Positions 9,811 to 18,044 are shown, counted from the stretch's first letter. The stretch: DNA of 32,000 nucleotides from Candidatus Thorarchaeota archaeon (GCA_008080745.1 SHMX01000003.1:240001-272000), one strand, 5' to 3'. Notes: generated by a model from the letters alone, not told the origin. Translations and numbers: made by a program.

Positions 9811-9853
9811 TATAAAAAGAACAAAGATCGTGAGCCCGAATAATCGGGCCCAC
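9811..9853 (-). terminator. Intrinsic-terminator-like hairpin plus U tract downstream of microprotein 1
   Basis: Minus strand GTGGGCCCGA-TTAT-TCGGGCTCAC (10 bp, one G-U pair), then GATCTTTGTTCTTTTT. The wobble only works on the minus strand. Confidence 0.65.
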
Positions 9854-9892
9854 ATATCCAAAATCTACTTCTATGACATCTGGGAATGAGGC

Positions 9893-9991
9893 TTACCAAT
9901 CATCGTCTTCGTCGTCTTCCCAGTCCTCGTCATCATCATCTTCCCAATCGTCGTCGTCTTCTTCCCAATCTTCGTCGCGATATGGTTTCAT
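9893..9991 (-). CDS. Acidic Trp-repeat microprotein 1 (32 aa)
   Basis: Hand translation MKPYRDEDWEEDDDDWEDDDDEDWEDDEDDDW*. SD GAGGTGA (10002-10008) 10 nt upstream. Synonymous GAT/GAC and GAA/GAG mixing. Downstream terminator-like hairpin. Below the ORF-track length cutoff. Confidence 0.8.
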   Translation of the reverse strand: MKPYRDEDWEEDDDDWEDDDDEDWEDDEDDDW

Positions 9992-10116
9992 TTTGGATTT
10001 TTCACCTCACGACAGTGAGAGTAAAAGTATGAGTTAAATTTACGCTCCGATATTTGTAGTTTTTATTAGGTCCAAAGTTTCGATATAAGACTTATAATGG
10101 CTTATTTAATAATTAT

Positions 10117-10135
10117 AGAGGTTAACATAACCTCT
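10117..10135. promoter_or_regulatory. Operator-like palindrome in the divergent AT-rich intergenic region
   Basis: AGAGGTTA-ACA-TAACCTCT, perfect 8-bp arms with 3-nt spacer. Confidence 0.35.
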
Positions 10136-10264
10136 TACATTTAATGGTGATTATAAATGTACAAAAAGATAATATATAGCACTTATAACCGAGTGTGCTT
10201 ATGTCACCAAGTGGTTGTTTTTTACTAATCGTAGTAATAATAGGGAAGAGAATAGCTATATCCT

Positions 10265-11155
10265 ATGAATAGTATAGGGAGTAGAAGAGCTATGACACGA
10301 CCAAGAACACGTACCCCTGAATCCCCTGTACATGTAATTGTCCAAATTGCCAAATCAAAGCAAAGGGCGCCCAAGATACCCGAGTCAGAAGAGGTTGAAA
10401 AGATAGCGAAAGGAGTTTATCGAATTTTTGGCAAACCAGAAAGGCACAAACATCATTTTCATGACATTCCTCATATTGCATTCCGAAGAACAAAAGAAAT
10501 TCCAAGCACACGTTCCAAATCTCTTGACGATGTACTAAGAAGAACATATGCGTTGGTGGTATACAGATACGAAAATCCCACAGCTCAACAGAAGAAACGA
10601 ACTCAAAGATTGATTAGACGATCCCCGTGTATTCGTCTCCGGCCGGGTGTACTTGTCTTTCCGCATCTAAAGGCAAAACAGATGTCAAAAGTATATCAGA
10701 AGAGAGATAAGACCAAGCTATTCACCGCTAAAGAATTCGCTTCAAAAATGGAAGAGTTTGGAGCGAAGGTAATACGATGGGGACGTCTGAAAATATCAGG
10801 ACCCCGTAGTTTTGGATTACTTGAGCAATCATTAAAGAATATGATAGAAAGCGAGGAAAAGGCAATTGTTGACAAATTCAAGCAATTGAAGAAAGAGGCC
10901 AAAAATTCAGAGGTTTCGATTAAGAAACTCAAAGAGAGATACAGAGAGCTTTCTGGAAGATATAAACTTCAGAAAACCTCCTGTGAAGTGATTAGAGAGG
11001 TCTGGAAATTCGACTGTGAAAAACAACTAAGGAGAGTATACAACATCATGCTCCAGACACGAAGAGCTATATCTGAACAACAATCAAGTATGAAAAGACT
11101 AACTGAGAGGGAAACTATCGAAGAATCATCTGCAGTTGATCACCAGTCGTCATAA
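10265..11155 (+). CDS. Strongly basic hypothetical protein; central region resembles a Cas2/PaaX-central/ChrB_N ferredoxin-like fold, followed by coiled-coil helices
   Basis: About 70 K+R versus 34 D+E by hand count. YALVVYRYENPT...RTQRLIRR...RLRPGVLVFP fits the beta-alpha-beta pattern by eye. The start may be the Met at 10292. Confidence 0.7.
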   Translation: MNSIGSRRAMTRPRTRTPESPVHVIVQIAKSKQRAPKIPESEEVEKIAKGVYRIFGKPERHKHHFHDIPHIAFRRTKEIPSTRSKSLDDVLRRTYALVVYRYENPTAQQKKRTQRLIRRSPCIRLRPGVLVFPHLKAKQMSKVYQKRDKTKLFTAKEFASKMEEFGAKVIRWGRLKISGPRSFGLLEQSLKNMIESEEKAIVDKFKQLKKEAKNSEVSIKKLKERYRELSGRYKLQKTSCEVIREVWKFDCEKQLRRVYNIMLQTRRAISEQQSSMKRLTERETIEESSAVDHQSS

Positions 11156-11244
11156 TCCTCTTCGATGTCATCATCCCAAAACTCTTCTGGCCAATCCTCG
11201 TCCGATTCATCGTCATCATCCGGAATTTCTTCATAAACTGGCAT
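11140..11244 (-). CDS. Acidic Trp-containing microprotein 2 (34 aa)
   Basis: MPVYEEIPDDDDESDEDWPEEFWDDDIEEDYDDW*, preceded by GAGG 8 nt upstream of the ATG. It is the C-terminal part of the tracked 11140..11439 ORF. Confidence 0.7.
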   Translation of the reverse strand: MPVYEEIPDDDDESDEDWPEEFWDDDIEEDYDDW

Positions 11245-11348
11245 AAAACATTCCTCATAGAACTTACTGAACAAGCTGTTATTTTTCTTATGCATCCAAC
11301 ACCGAAGGAGTCTTAGCAGGTATGAACAATTTGATAATGTGGAGAGAC

Positions 11349-12149
11349 ATGACAAGGATAGCAGTTGGACAGATGCAACCAAAGATTCTAGATAAACATG
11401 AAAATATACTTCGTACAAAGGAAATTTTGGATAAAGCATTGGAAGAAGATGTAGAAGTTCTTGTTTTGCCAGAGCTGGCTAATTCTGGTTATGCTTTTCA
11501 CAGTAATCTGGAAGTGAGATTGATTGCTGATGAAATCCCCGATGGGGAATACTGTCGGATTCTTGCCGAATGGTCAGAAAATAGCCGAATGATTGTTGCT
11601 GGTCTCTGTGAATCTGATGGAAAACACGTTTACAATTCAGCAGTAGTTTTTGGTAATGGAGAATATATTACGACATATAAAAAAATCAACCTATTTAATA
11701 GGGAACTTGATTGGTTCGAACCGGGTCAAACAGAACCTCCCGTTTTTACATTTGCAGGAAACCGATATGGAGTTATGATTTGTTTTGATTGGGCATTTCC
11801 CGAGATAGCAAGAATCTTAGCACTGAAAGGTGCACAGATCATCCTTCATCCAGCAAACCTAGTTCTACCATATTGTCAAAATGCAATGGTGACTCGATGC
11901 ATTGAAAACCGTGTTTTTGCAGCAACCGCCAATCGAATCGGGGAGGAACGAGGTTTGAATTTTTCCGGCATGTCTCAGATAGTAAATCCAAGTGGAGAAG
12001 TGATTGTAAGAATTCCGGATGGAGAAATTGGACTGCGATATGTGGATATCAATCCGCAGAAAGCAGATAATAAGATGATTACAGAGAGAAATGATGTCAT
12101 TAGAGACAGGACACCTGAATTGTATGACCGATTAGTCTTTAGGCGGTGA
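11349..12149 (+). CDS. Nitrilase/carbon-nitrogen hydrolase family protein
   Basis: Catalytic triad motifs LPELANSGY (E), YKKINLF (K), ICFDWAFPE (C). Start moved to MTRIAVGQ after GGAGAG. Confidence 0.93.
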   Translation: MTRIAVGQMQPKILDKHENILRTKEILDKALEEDVEVLVLPELANSGYAFHSNLEVRLIADEIPDGEYCRILAEWSENSRMIVAGLCESDGKHVYNSAVVFGNGEYITTYKKINLFNRELDWFEPGQTEPPVFTFAGNRYGVMICFDWAFPEIARILALKGAQIILHPANLVLPYCQNAMVTRCIENRVFAATANRIGEERGLNFSGMSQIVNPSGEVIVRIPDGEIGLRYVDINPQKADNKMITERNDVIRDRTPELYDRLVFRR

Positions 12150-12509
12150 ATGATGGGGTGTCTTTCCAGCCCATTTTTCCGCAGGATATTTGACTTCATT
12201 CTTCTTCATCTTTTGAAGAATAGCAGTAGTTGGAGAAATCCCTAAGGAATCTGCTAGACGTAACAGATAGATGATAATATCCGCTATCTCGTCAGATACA
12301 GATTCGCGAAAAGAATGATCTGTTTTTACTGATTCAACCTCATCATCGGTGCGCCATTGGAAAATCTCCAAAAGCTCTCCCGTTTCAATTGCTGCAGATA
12401 TTGCTAAGGCGGTAGGACGGTGGAAATAGTCCCAGTCTCGCTCATGCACAAATCTTCTTATGATCTGTTGTAAATCTTCGAGACTGGTTTTTCTATCTTC
12501 CACAGACAA
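12132..12509 (-). CDS. MazG-like nucleotide pyrophosphohydrolase (DCTPP1/RS21-C6-like)
   Basis: FVHERDWDYFH, ETGELLEIFQW, DEIADIIIYL, KMKKNEVKYP. Confidence 0.9.
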   Translation of the reverse strand: MSVEDRKTSLEDLQQIIRRFVHERDWDYFHRPTALAISAAIETGELLEIFQWRTDDEVESVKTDHSFRESVSDEIADIIIYLLRLADSLGISPTTAILQKMKKNEVKYPAEKWAGKTPHHSPPKD

Positions 12510-12515
12510 TCGATG

Positions 12516-13052
12516 CTACCTTCCTTCAGAGGTCACGACTCTCTGGATTAACCATAGACTGTATACGGAAAAGAGTATAATTATACCAGCAATTCCAACA
12601 AGAGAACCTGAAAATCCAGGTACAATTGAATTACCTGTAGCTATTTGAACGATGATATCTGCAAGTGCAATAATAATCGAACCATACATTACGAAAAGGT
12701 TAGTCAAGCCACCATAACGAATCATTCTTCCCTCGGCCATCTTCCAAGCTTTTATGGCCATAACAGATCCTGCACCAACTATCACCATAAGAAAATACAG
12801 GCCAACTAAAGTCCATTTCCAATAATAGCTAATATCAGGAGGCATAAGAACTACCACAGCAATACCTATGATCGAGAGAATGAAAGTAACTTTGGGATAT
12901 GGGTCTGCTAAGAACTCTTTCCAGCGGTCCACTCTGGGTTGTTCATATGTTCTAACAGGTTCCTCATATTCATCTTCTTCTGCATCTGGAAAAGTTTCTT
13001 CATACTCTTCCTCTTCATATTCTTCATCAAAGGTGTCTTCGTCTGAAACCAT
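12516..13052 (-). CDS. Hypothetical membrane protein (~4 TM) with acidic N-terminal tail
   Basis: N-terminus DEDTFDEEYEEEEYEETFPDAEEDEYEE, then four hydrophobic segments. Its stop lies 6 nt before the MazG-like start. Confidence 0.8.
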   Translation of the reverse strand: MVSDEDTFDEEYEEEEYEETFPDAEEDEYEEPVRTYEQPRVDRWKEFLADPYPKVTFILSIIGIAVVVLMPPDISYYWKWTLVGLYFLMVIVGAGSVMAIKAWKMAEGRMIRYGGLTNLFVMYGSIIIALADIIVQIATGNSIVPGFSGSLVGIAGIIILFSVYSLWLIQRVVTSEGR

Positions 13053-13179
13053 CGATTTTCTCCTCTGCCTGTGATTATCTTCGTTGGAACAAAGGTATGT
13101 TAAAACACTTGTGTAAGATGTTATTCATAAGAGAGTTTAGCCGAGTAAGCATTAAATCATTGAAGGAAGTAGGTTCCAT

Positions 13180-13791
13180 ATGACAGTTGATGGGCAAACT
13201 GCAGAAGAATGGATATCCAAAGCGAGACTTCTTCGCCAACGAGGCCAAAACAAGAAGGCAATTGAAGCATACAACAAAGCTCTCCACATTGATCCACAAA
13301 ATCTCGAAGCACTTAATGAAGTAGGACTGGTTCAAATACATGTTGGAGACCAAATGTTAGCGATAGAAACCTTTGAAAAAGCGATTGGTGCGAATCCAGA
13401 AGATCCTCGGGCATACGCAAATAAAGCTGAAGCGTATCTGACTGTGGGAGATTTCGATAATGCATTAGCAGCAGCTGAGACAGGTCTGGAAAAATCACCA
13501 GAGGACGCAGATCTCTGGGTAAAAAAGGCGAGGTCTCTAGAGAGTCTTCTCCGAATTGATGATGCTATTGATGCATACAATGAAGCGTTGAAGTATGATT
13601 CTGAAGAGCCCGAAACATGGAAAGCTCTGGCCCTCTGTTATGATGCAAAAATGGAGTGGGAGTCAGTCGCGCGAGCCTATCGTATAGCTGCGAGTCTACA
13701 TCTTAAGCGGGGCGAAAGAAGAGACGCCGATTATTGTGAGCGATTCGCTACTGATGCCGAAGATTCAGCCTCAGATGAAAAAATGGCATAA
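13180..13791 (+). CDS. TPR-repeat protein
   Basis: Five to six canonical TPR units (AIEAYNKALHIDPQN, AIDAYNEALKYDSEE). Confidence 0.88.
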   Translation: MTVDGQTAEEWISKARLLRQRGQNKKAIEAYNKALHIDPQNLEALNEVGLVQIHVGDQMLAIETFEKAIGANPEDPRAYANKAEAYLTVGDFDNALAAAETGLEKSPEDADLWVKKARSLESLLRIDDAIDAYNEALKYDSEEPETWKALALCYDAKMEWESVARAYRIAASLHLKRGERRDADYCERFATDAEDSASDEKMA

Positions 13792-13802
13792 AATAAATGG
13801 TA

Positions 13803-13821
13803 GGGCTGTCTAAGACAGCCC
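13803..13821. terminator. Perfect 9-bp inverted repeat between convergent genes
   Basis: GGGCTGTCT-A-AGACAGCCC. Confidence 0.5.
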
Positions 13822-13848
13822 GGATGCTGTATTCCTGAAATCGAATTT

Positions 13849-15504
13849 TCATCTAAACTTTTTCTTGATTGCCTTTCGATACTTGTAAGAAATCCCACTG
13901 CATACAACAGCAATAGTACCAATGATGATCAATAGAAGATTCTCTATAATTAGGTCCATCAAAGTTGGTTCTGGAGGGGGTGTGGGTATTGTTGGTGCAA
14001 CAGACCCCAGAGAGTCTCGCACTCGTATAACCATTGGAACACCCTCATGCCATGTAGATCCTTCTCGAATCTTTCCAACTACAGTTATATTGGTCATATC
14101 AGGCTGGCCCGAGATGAGATAGAAATAGTTCTCGAGATCGTCTTCTGCACTCTTGGTGATATTGTCAGTAATAGTCACATTATTCCAAGCACCGGAATTT
14201 ATCCGAATTGCTAATTCTACTTCATCGATATCATTGTAGAGTTCATGACCATAAACGGTCACATTGATTTCTGTCGAACTCTTTGGTATATTAGGAGTCC
14301 AGTATACGTTGACATCATCTAGCGACTCTGCACCAGCGATTGCCCAATCGAAATCAAAGACATCCAAGTACCATTGAGCGACATCTTCATTCTCTATGAT
14401 GACTCCAGCCTCTCGGTTCTCAGTGATACTACCATCACTATAATTGATGCTACTAACGAGTACCATCCTGCCATCCACTATGATGCCTTTGTTGTGATTA
14501 GCAGTAAACCATCGAGTGTCTTGCCAGACAATAGGAATATCATGCTCAAGAAAAATCTCTTCAATCTCAATCCAGTCTTTTTCTTCCTCGGAGATTACAC
14601 GGACAGTAACACCCCGATCTTTTGCAGCAAGTATTGCTTCTATTATTTGATCAACTGCACCCTCATCTCCAACACTTGTGAAGTAAGGAATCTGAATATC
14701 AAGAGTAGCTTGAGCAGCGTTGATACAATAGAGAATACCTTGCAGACTGGTGTCTGGACTTACAATAGGTGTGACATTCATGGCACCACTAAAGGTTCCT
14801 GCTGTTGCAAAGGGATTGCTGTAAGTACTACTTGTTCCTGTATAGGTAAGAGGACTTCCTGTTCCATGCGCACCAGAATCATAATCGATACCATTCCCCC
14901 AATCATAATCAAACACGGATCGATAAAAATCAGTGACTTGAGTATCGGTCATGGCAATTGACCATTCCCTATTTGCTTTATTGTCGGGTTCTGGAAATGA
15001 TGTCTTTGCCCAGTTTCCAGAATGAATAATAGTAGTTTCATTATCGATGATTACAAATTTTTGATGAGCGAATGTAAATTCTGCATCATTAGTCCATTTA
15101 ACTTCATAACCCAGATTGGTAAGATTGTTTGCAACATAATCATTCTCTGACGTATAACCCAAGCTATTCCAACCAAGTAGGAATTTCATCTCAAGGGTTG
15201 GTTTTGTATCATGAAGTTCATGAATTAATTCTAAGATGTATGGATTATTGATTCCATAAATCTCAACATATATGCTCTCTTCAGCACTATTCAAGAAATG
15301 CCAGAGTGCATCCTTGCTTCCATCTGGAGAAACAAATGTAGTGACATTCATATTTGTTGAGATAGTATTCATGGAGAATTGAGAAGGAGAATACATATGA
15401 CTCGTATACGATGAATCTAATGCTGGATTTCCCAAGAGCGGAATGAACCCAGATAGCATTAGAATGGTCAAGAACAGAGCTAATGGTTTTGGTGCTTTCT
15501 TCAA
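13849..15504 (-). CDS. Secreted, membrane-anchored phospholipase D-superfamily protein
   Basis: N-terminal signal peptide, two HKD motifs (HQKFVIID, HNKGIIVD), Pro/Thr linker, C-terminal TM helix and basic tail. Confidence 0.9.
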   Translation of the reverse strand: MKKAPKPLALFLTILMLSGFIPLLGNPALDSSYTSHMYSPSQFSMNTISTNMNVTTFVSPDGSKDALWHFLNSAEESIYVEIYGINNPYILELIHELHDTKPTLEMKFLLGWNSLGYTSENDYVANNLTNLGYEVKWTNDAEFTFAHQKFVIIDNETTIIHSGNWAKTSFPEPDNKANREWSIAMTDTQVTDFYRSVFDYDWGNGIDYDSGAHGTGSPLTYTGTSSTYSNPFATAGTFSGAMNVTPIVSPDTSLQGILYCINAAQATLDIQIPYFTSVGDEGAVDQIIEAILAAKDRGVTVRVISEEEKDWIEIEEIFLEHDIPIVWQDTRWFTANHNKGIIVDGRMVLVSSINYSDGSITENREAGVIIENEDVAQWYLDVFDFDWAIAGAESLDDVNVYWTPNIPKSSTEINVTVYGHELYNDIDEVELAIRINSGAWNNVTITDNITKSAEDDLENYFYLISGQPDMTNITVVGKIREGSTWHEGVPMVIRVRDSLGSVAPTIPTPPPEPTLMDLIIENLLLIIIGTIAVVCSGISYKYRKAIKKKFR

Positions 15505-15586
15505 CAGAATAACCTCTAATATGTTACAGTAACTATAGTTATATCACTTATAACTCAATTTACGTAGCAATAAAAGGAGAATTGTC

Positions 15587-15844
15587 ATGAAACTATTCTA
15601 CAGAATTAGTCCGGAAAAATATGATTCATTACTAGAAGAGGTTGAAAAGAAATTTAGCATGAATAAAGAGGTCGATGAAGATCGGACGATACTGATGCTT
15701 GATGATATATCTCAGATTGAGATTGTTCGTGGAAACTACAATCCTAGAACGGATGATATCGCACAGGTGATGGTTGTCTTGAATGACGATTCACTAAGAG
15801 AGTATTTTGACTCGGTCTTTGGTGAGCCGTATAGAGTAAGATAA
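15587..15844 (+). CDS. Small hypothetical protein
   Basis: 85-aa ORF with GGAG SD upstream, in an otherwise empty interval. No family recognised. Confidence 0.75.
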   Translation: MKLFYRISPEKYDSLLEEVEKKFSMNKEVDEDRTILMLDDISQIEIVRGNYNPRTDDIAQVMVVLNDDSLREYFDSVFGEPYRVR

Positions 15845-15859
15845 AAAAGATATCACAGA

Positions 15860-15893
15860 CAGGGATGCGATTTCATTTCGACATCCATCCCTG
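15860..15893. terminator. Hairpin between convergent genes
   Basis: CAGGGATG...CATCCCTG, 8-bp arms around an 18-nt partly self-pairing loop. Confidence 0.45.
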
Positions 15894-15924
15894 CCGTCCT
15901 CCAGTGTTCTTGAGTACCTGTCAG

Positions 15925-16110
15925 TTACTCGCCTTCTTCGATAGCGCCCTCGGGACAGCTATCAACACAGGCATAACATTCTGTGCACTCGTCAGCACGT
16001 TCCTTAATGTATACCGCAACATCTTCAATCTTGTATAGAGTTGGATCTACAGGGCATACATCAGCGCATGTACCACATGCGGTACAATTGTCATTTACTA
16101 TCCAGATCAT
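15925..16110 (-). CDS. 2[4Fe-4S] ferredoxin
   Basis: CTACGTCADVCP and CTECYACVDSCP motifs. Confidence 0.93.
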   Translation of the reverse strand: MIWIVNDNCTACGTCADVCPVDPTLYKIEDVAVYIKERADECTECYACVDSCPEGAIEEGE

Positions 16111-16388
16111 TGCTGAGTCACTTCTTTTGAAACTCTTCAGAGTTCTGTAGGCTCATGCCGTACGAATTGCATTTAAATCTCAGGGTTTGATGAATTTTGA
16201 AAGAGCGCCTAATAGGGGTGCATATTTGGGACCAATAACGTGTTTCTGCAAATTTGTATTTAGATGATTAGCTTCTACTTGTCGAATACAAAATGTTCAA
16301 AAGCACAATCGAAGGCCGAGCTGAAAGAGTTGTTGACTAGTAGGCATATCTACCCCTATTTAGTTATGGCTCGAAAAGGTGATTTCCG

Positions 16389-18041
16389 TTGGTTGAAACC
16401 TTCGGTGAAGAGCATTCTGAAACGAAATTCGCAAGACGACTCGGGCTTGCAGGAGCAACTAACATTGGTTTAGGTGCCATGTTAGGTGGTGGTATCTATG
16501 TCATATCAGGAATTGCTGCTGGTATGATAGGCCCAGCAATTGTATTAGCATATCTAGTCGCAGGTATATTGAGTGTATTTACAGCTGTTAATTATGCTGA
16601 ACTGGCATGTTCAATACCAAAACAGGGTGGAGGGTACACGTTCGTCCACGATGTGCATGGAGGATCACCAGCATTTGCTACTGGCTGGTTTCTGTTTATT
16701 GGAAATACCGTAGCTTGTGGGCTCTACGCCATAGCCGTGGCCCACACATTAGCTGTGTTTATTCCAGACTCTACGCTCATGACAGTAGGAATCATTGCAT
16801 TCATTCTAGTGGTCATAACCGCTATAACAAACTCAGTTAGTGTAAGAGGTGTTGCAAGTGTGCTAGGTATTTTGAATATATTGCAAACCTGTGTGTTGAT
16901 TTTATTCATAGGTGCAGGTGTATTCTTTATCGATTCTTCAAATCTTGCAAATATCGTGGCGGAAGGAGCGGGTACCTTTGAATTCATAGCAACAGTCTCA
17001 TTTGTTTTCATTAGTTTCGTTGGTTTCGAGATGGTCACCACTGCCAGCGAGGAAATCAAAGAACCCCACAAGAATATTCCCAGAGCGATAATGCTAACGA
17101 TACTCATTGCAACAATAGTCTACATGCTTGCAACTTTTGTTATAGTTGGTGTAGCAGGATATCAAAATGTGGCTACAAGTGAAAGACCCATTGCTGATGT
17201 GTTCGTCTTGTTCAGCGGTAAATTTGGGTATTTCTTGGGATTAGCAGGAATGGCTGCCTCAAATTACGCTGCATTAAATGCTACATTCCTCGCAAGTAGT
17301 CGGGTTGCATATTCACTAGGCAGGGACAACTACTTTCCACAAGCACTTCAAAAAGTTCATCCAACCAGGAAAGTTCCTTTGCAGGCGCTTCTCTTGTCTT
17401 TGATAGTTGCATCAGCAGTTGCATTAACAGGTAGTGCTGAATTTGCAGCATATCTAGCTGATTTCGGTTATCTGGTTGGTCTCACTCTAGTTAATGCGTC
17501 GGTAATCGGGTTGCGTCAAAAGAATCTCAGTGTTCAAGGAGTTTTCAAAGGTCCATTCTTTCCAGTATTTCCAATACTAGCCATTGTATCACATCTTATC
17601 CTCGTACCATTTCTACACATTGAGGTCCTAATCCTTGGAGTAATTGGAACAATAATAGGGATAATTGTGTACTATGGTTATAGTAGAGATAAGAAACATA
17701 CTCACAAGGTTCGAGTTATGACTCTGGACGAGAGTAAGGATAAGTATCCCCCCGTAAAAATGAGTCTCCTCAAGGAGCATTTCAACATTAATGAACCCAT
17801 CGAAGAGGAAATAGAACCTTCTCTAAAGGACGAATGCAAAGAAACAGTAGTCGAAAAACACGATGACCAAAAAGTCAAACCAGAATGTACTGAAACTGAA
17901 GACACCAAATCTCCAACCGAAGAGAAAGGTCCAGAGAGCATGGATGAAGAGATTACCAAGTCGAAAGAAGAATCAGCTCAAGATGACACAGAGAAAAATT
18001 CTGGAGCAGTACAAGAAGAATCTGAAGATGAATCTGAATGA
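16389..18041 (+). CDS. APC-family amino acid permease with acidic C-terminal tail
   Basis: GAMLGGGIY, NYAELACSIPKQGGGY, SFVGFE, EEIKEPHKNIP and about 12 TM segments. TTG start preceded by AGGTGA. Confidence 0.92.
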   Translation: MVETFGEEHSETKFARRLGLAGATNIGLGAMLGGGIYVISGIAAGMIGPAIVLAYLVAGILSVFTAVNYAELACSIPKQGGGYTFVHDVHGGSPAFATGWFLFIGNTVACGLYAIAVAHTLAVFIPDSTLMTVGIIAFILVVITAITNSVSVRGVASVLGILNILQTCVLILFIGAGVFFIDSSNLANIVAEGAGTFEFIATVSFVFISFVGFEMVTTASEEIKEPHKNIPRAIMLTILIATIVYMLATFVIVGVAGYQNVATSERPIADVFVLFSGKFGYFLGLAGMAASNYAALNATFLASSRVAYSLGRDNYFPQALQKVHPTRKVPLQALLLSLIVASAVALTGSAEFAAYLADFGYLVGLTLVNASVIGLRQKNLSVQGVFKGPFFPVFPILAIVSHLILVPFLHIEVLILGVIGTIIGIIVYYGYSRDKKHTHKVRVMTLDESKDKYPPVKMSLLKEHFNINEPIEEEIEPSLKDECKETVVEKHDDQKVKPECTETEDTKSPTEEKGPESMDEEITKSKEESAQDDTEKNSGAVQEESEDESE

Positions 18042-18044
18042 TCC

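Noticed and set aside
9899-9976. (GTC/ATC)n microsatellite-like or CRISPR-like repeat
   Set aside because: Units vary only at synonymous positions and there are no spacers; the pattern is explained by an Asp/Glu-coding ORF.
11245-11439. Upstream 65 codons of the 99-aa ORF 11140..11439
   Set aside because: They overlap the nitrilase 5' end, and an SD-like motif supports the internal ATG at 11244.
16264-16473. 69-aa plus-strand ORF
   Set aside because: It overlaps the permease start in another frame and has no recognisable motif.
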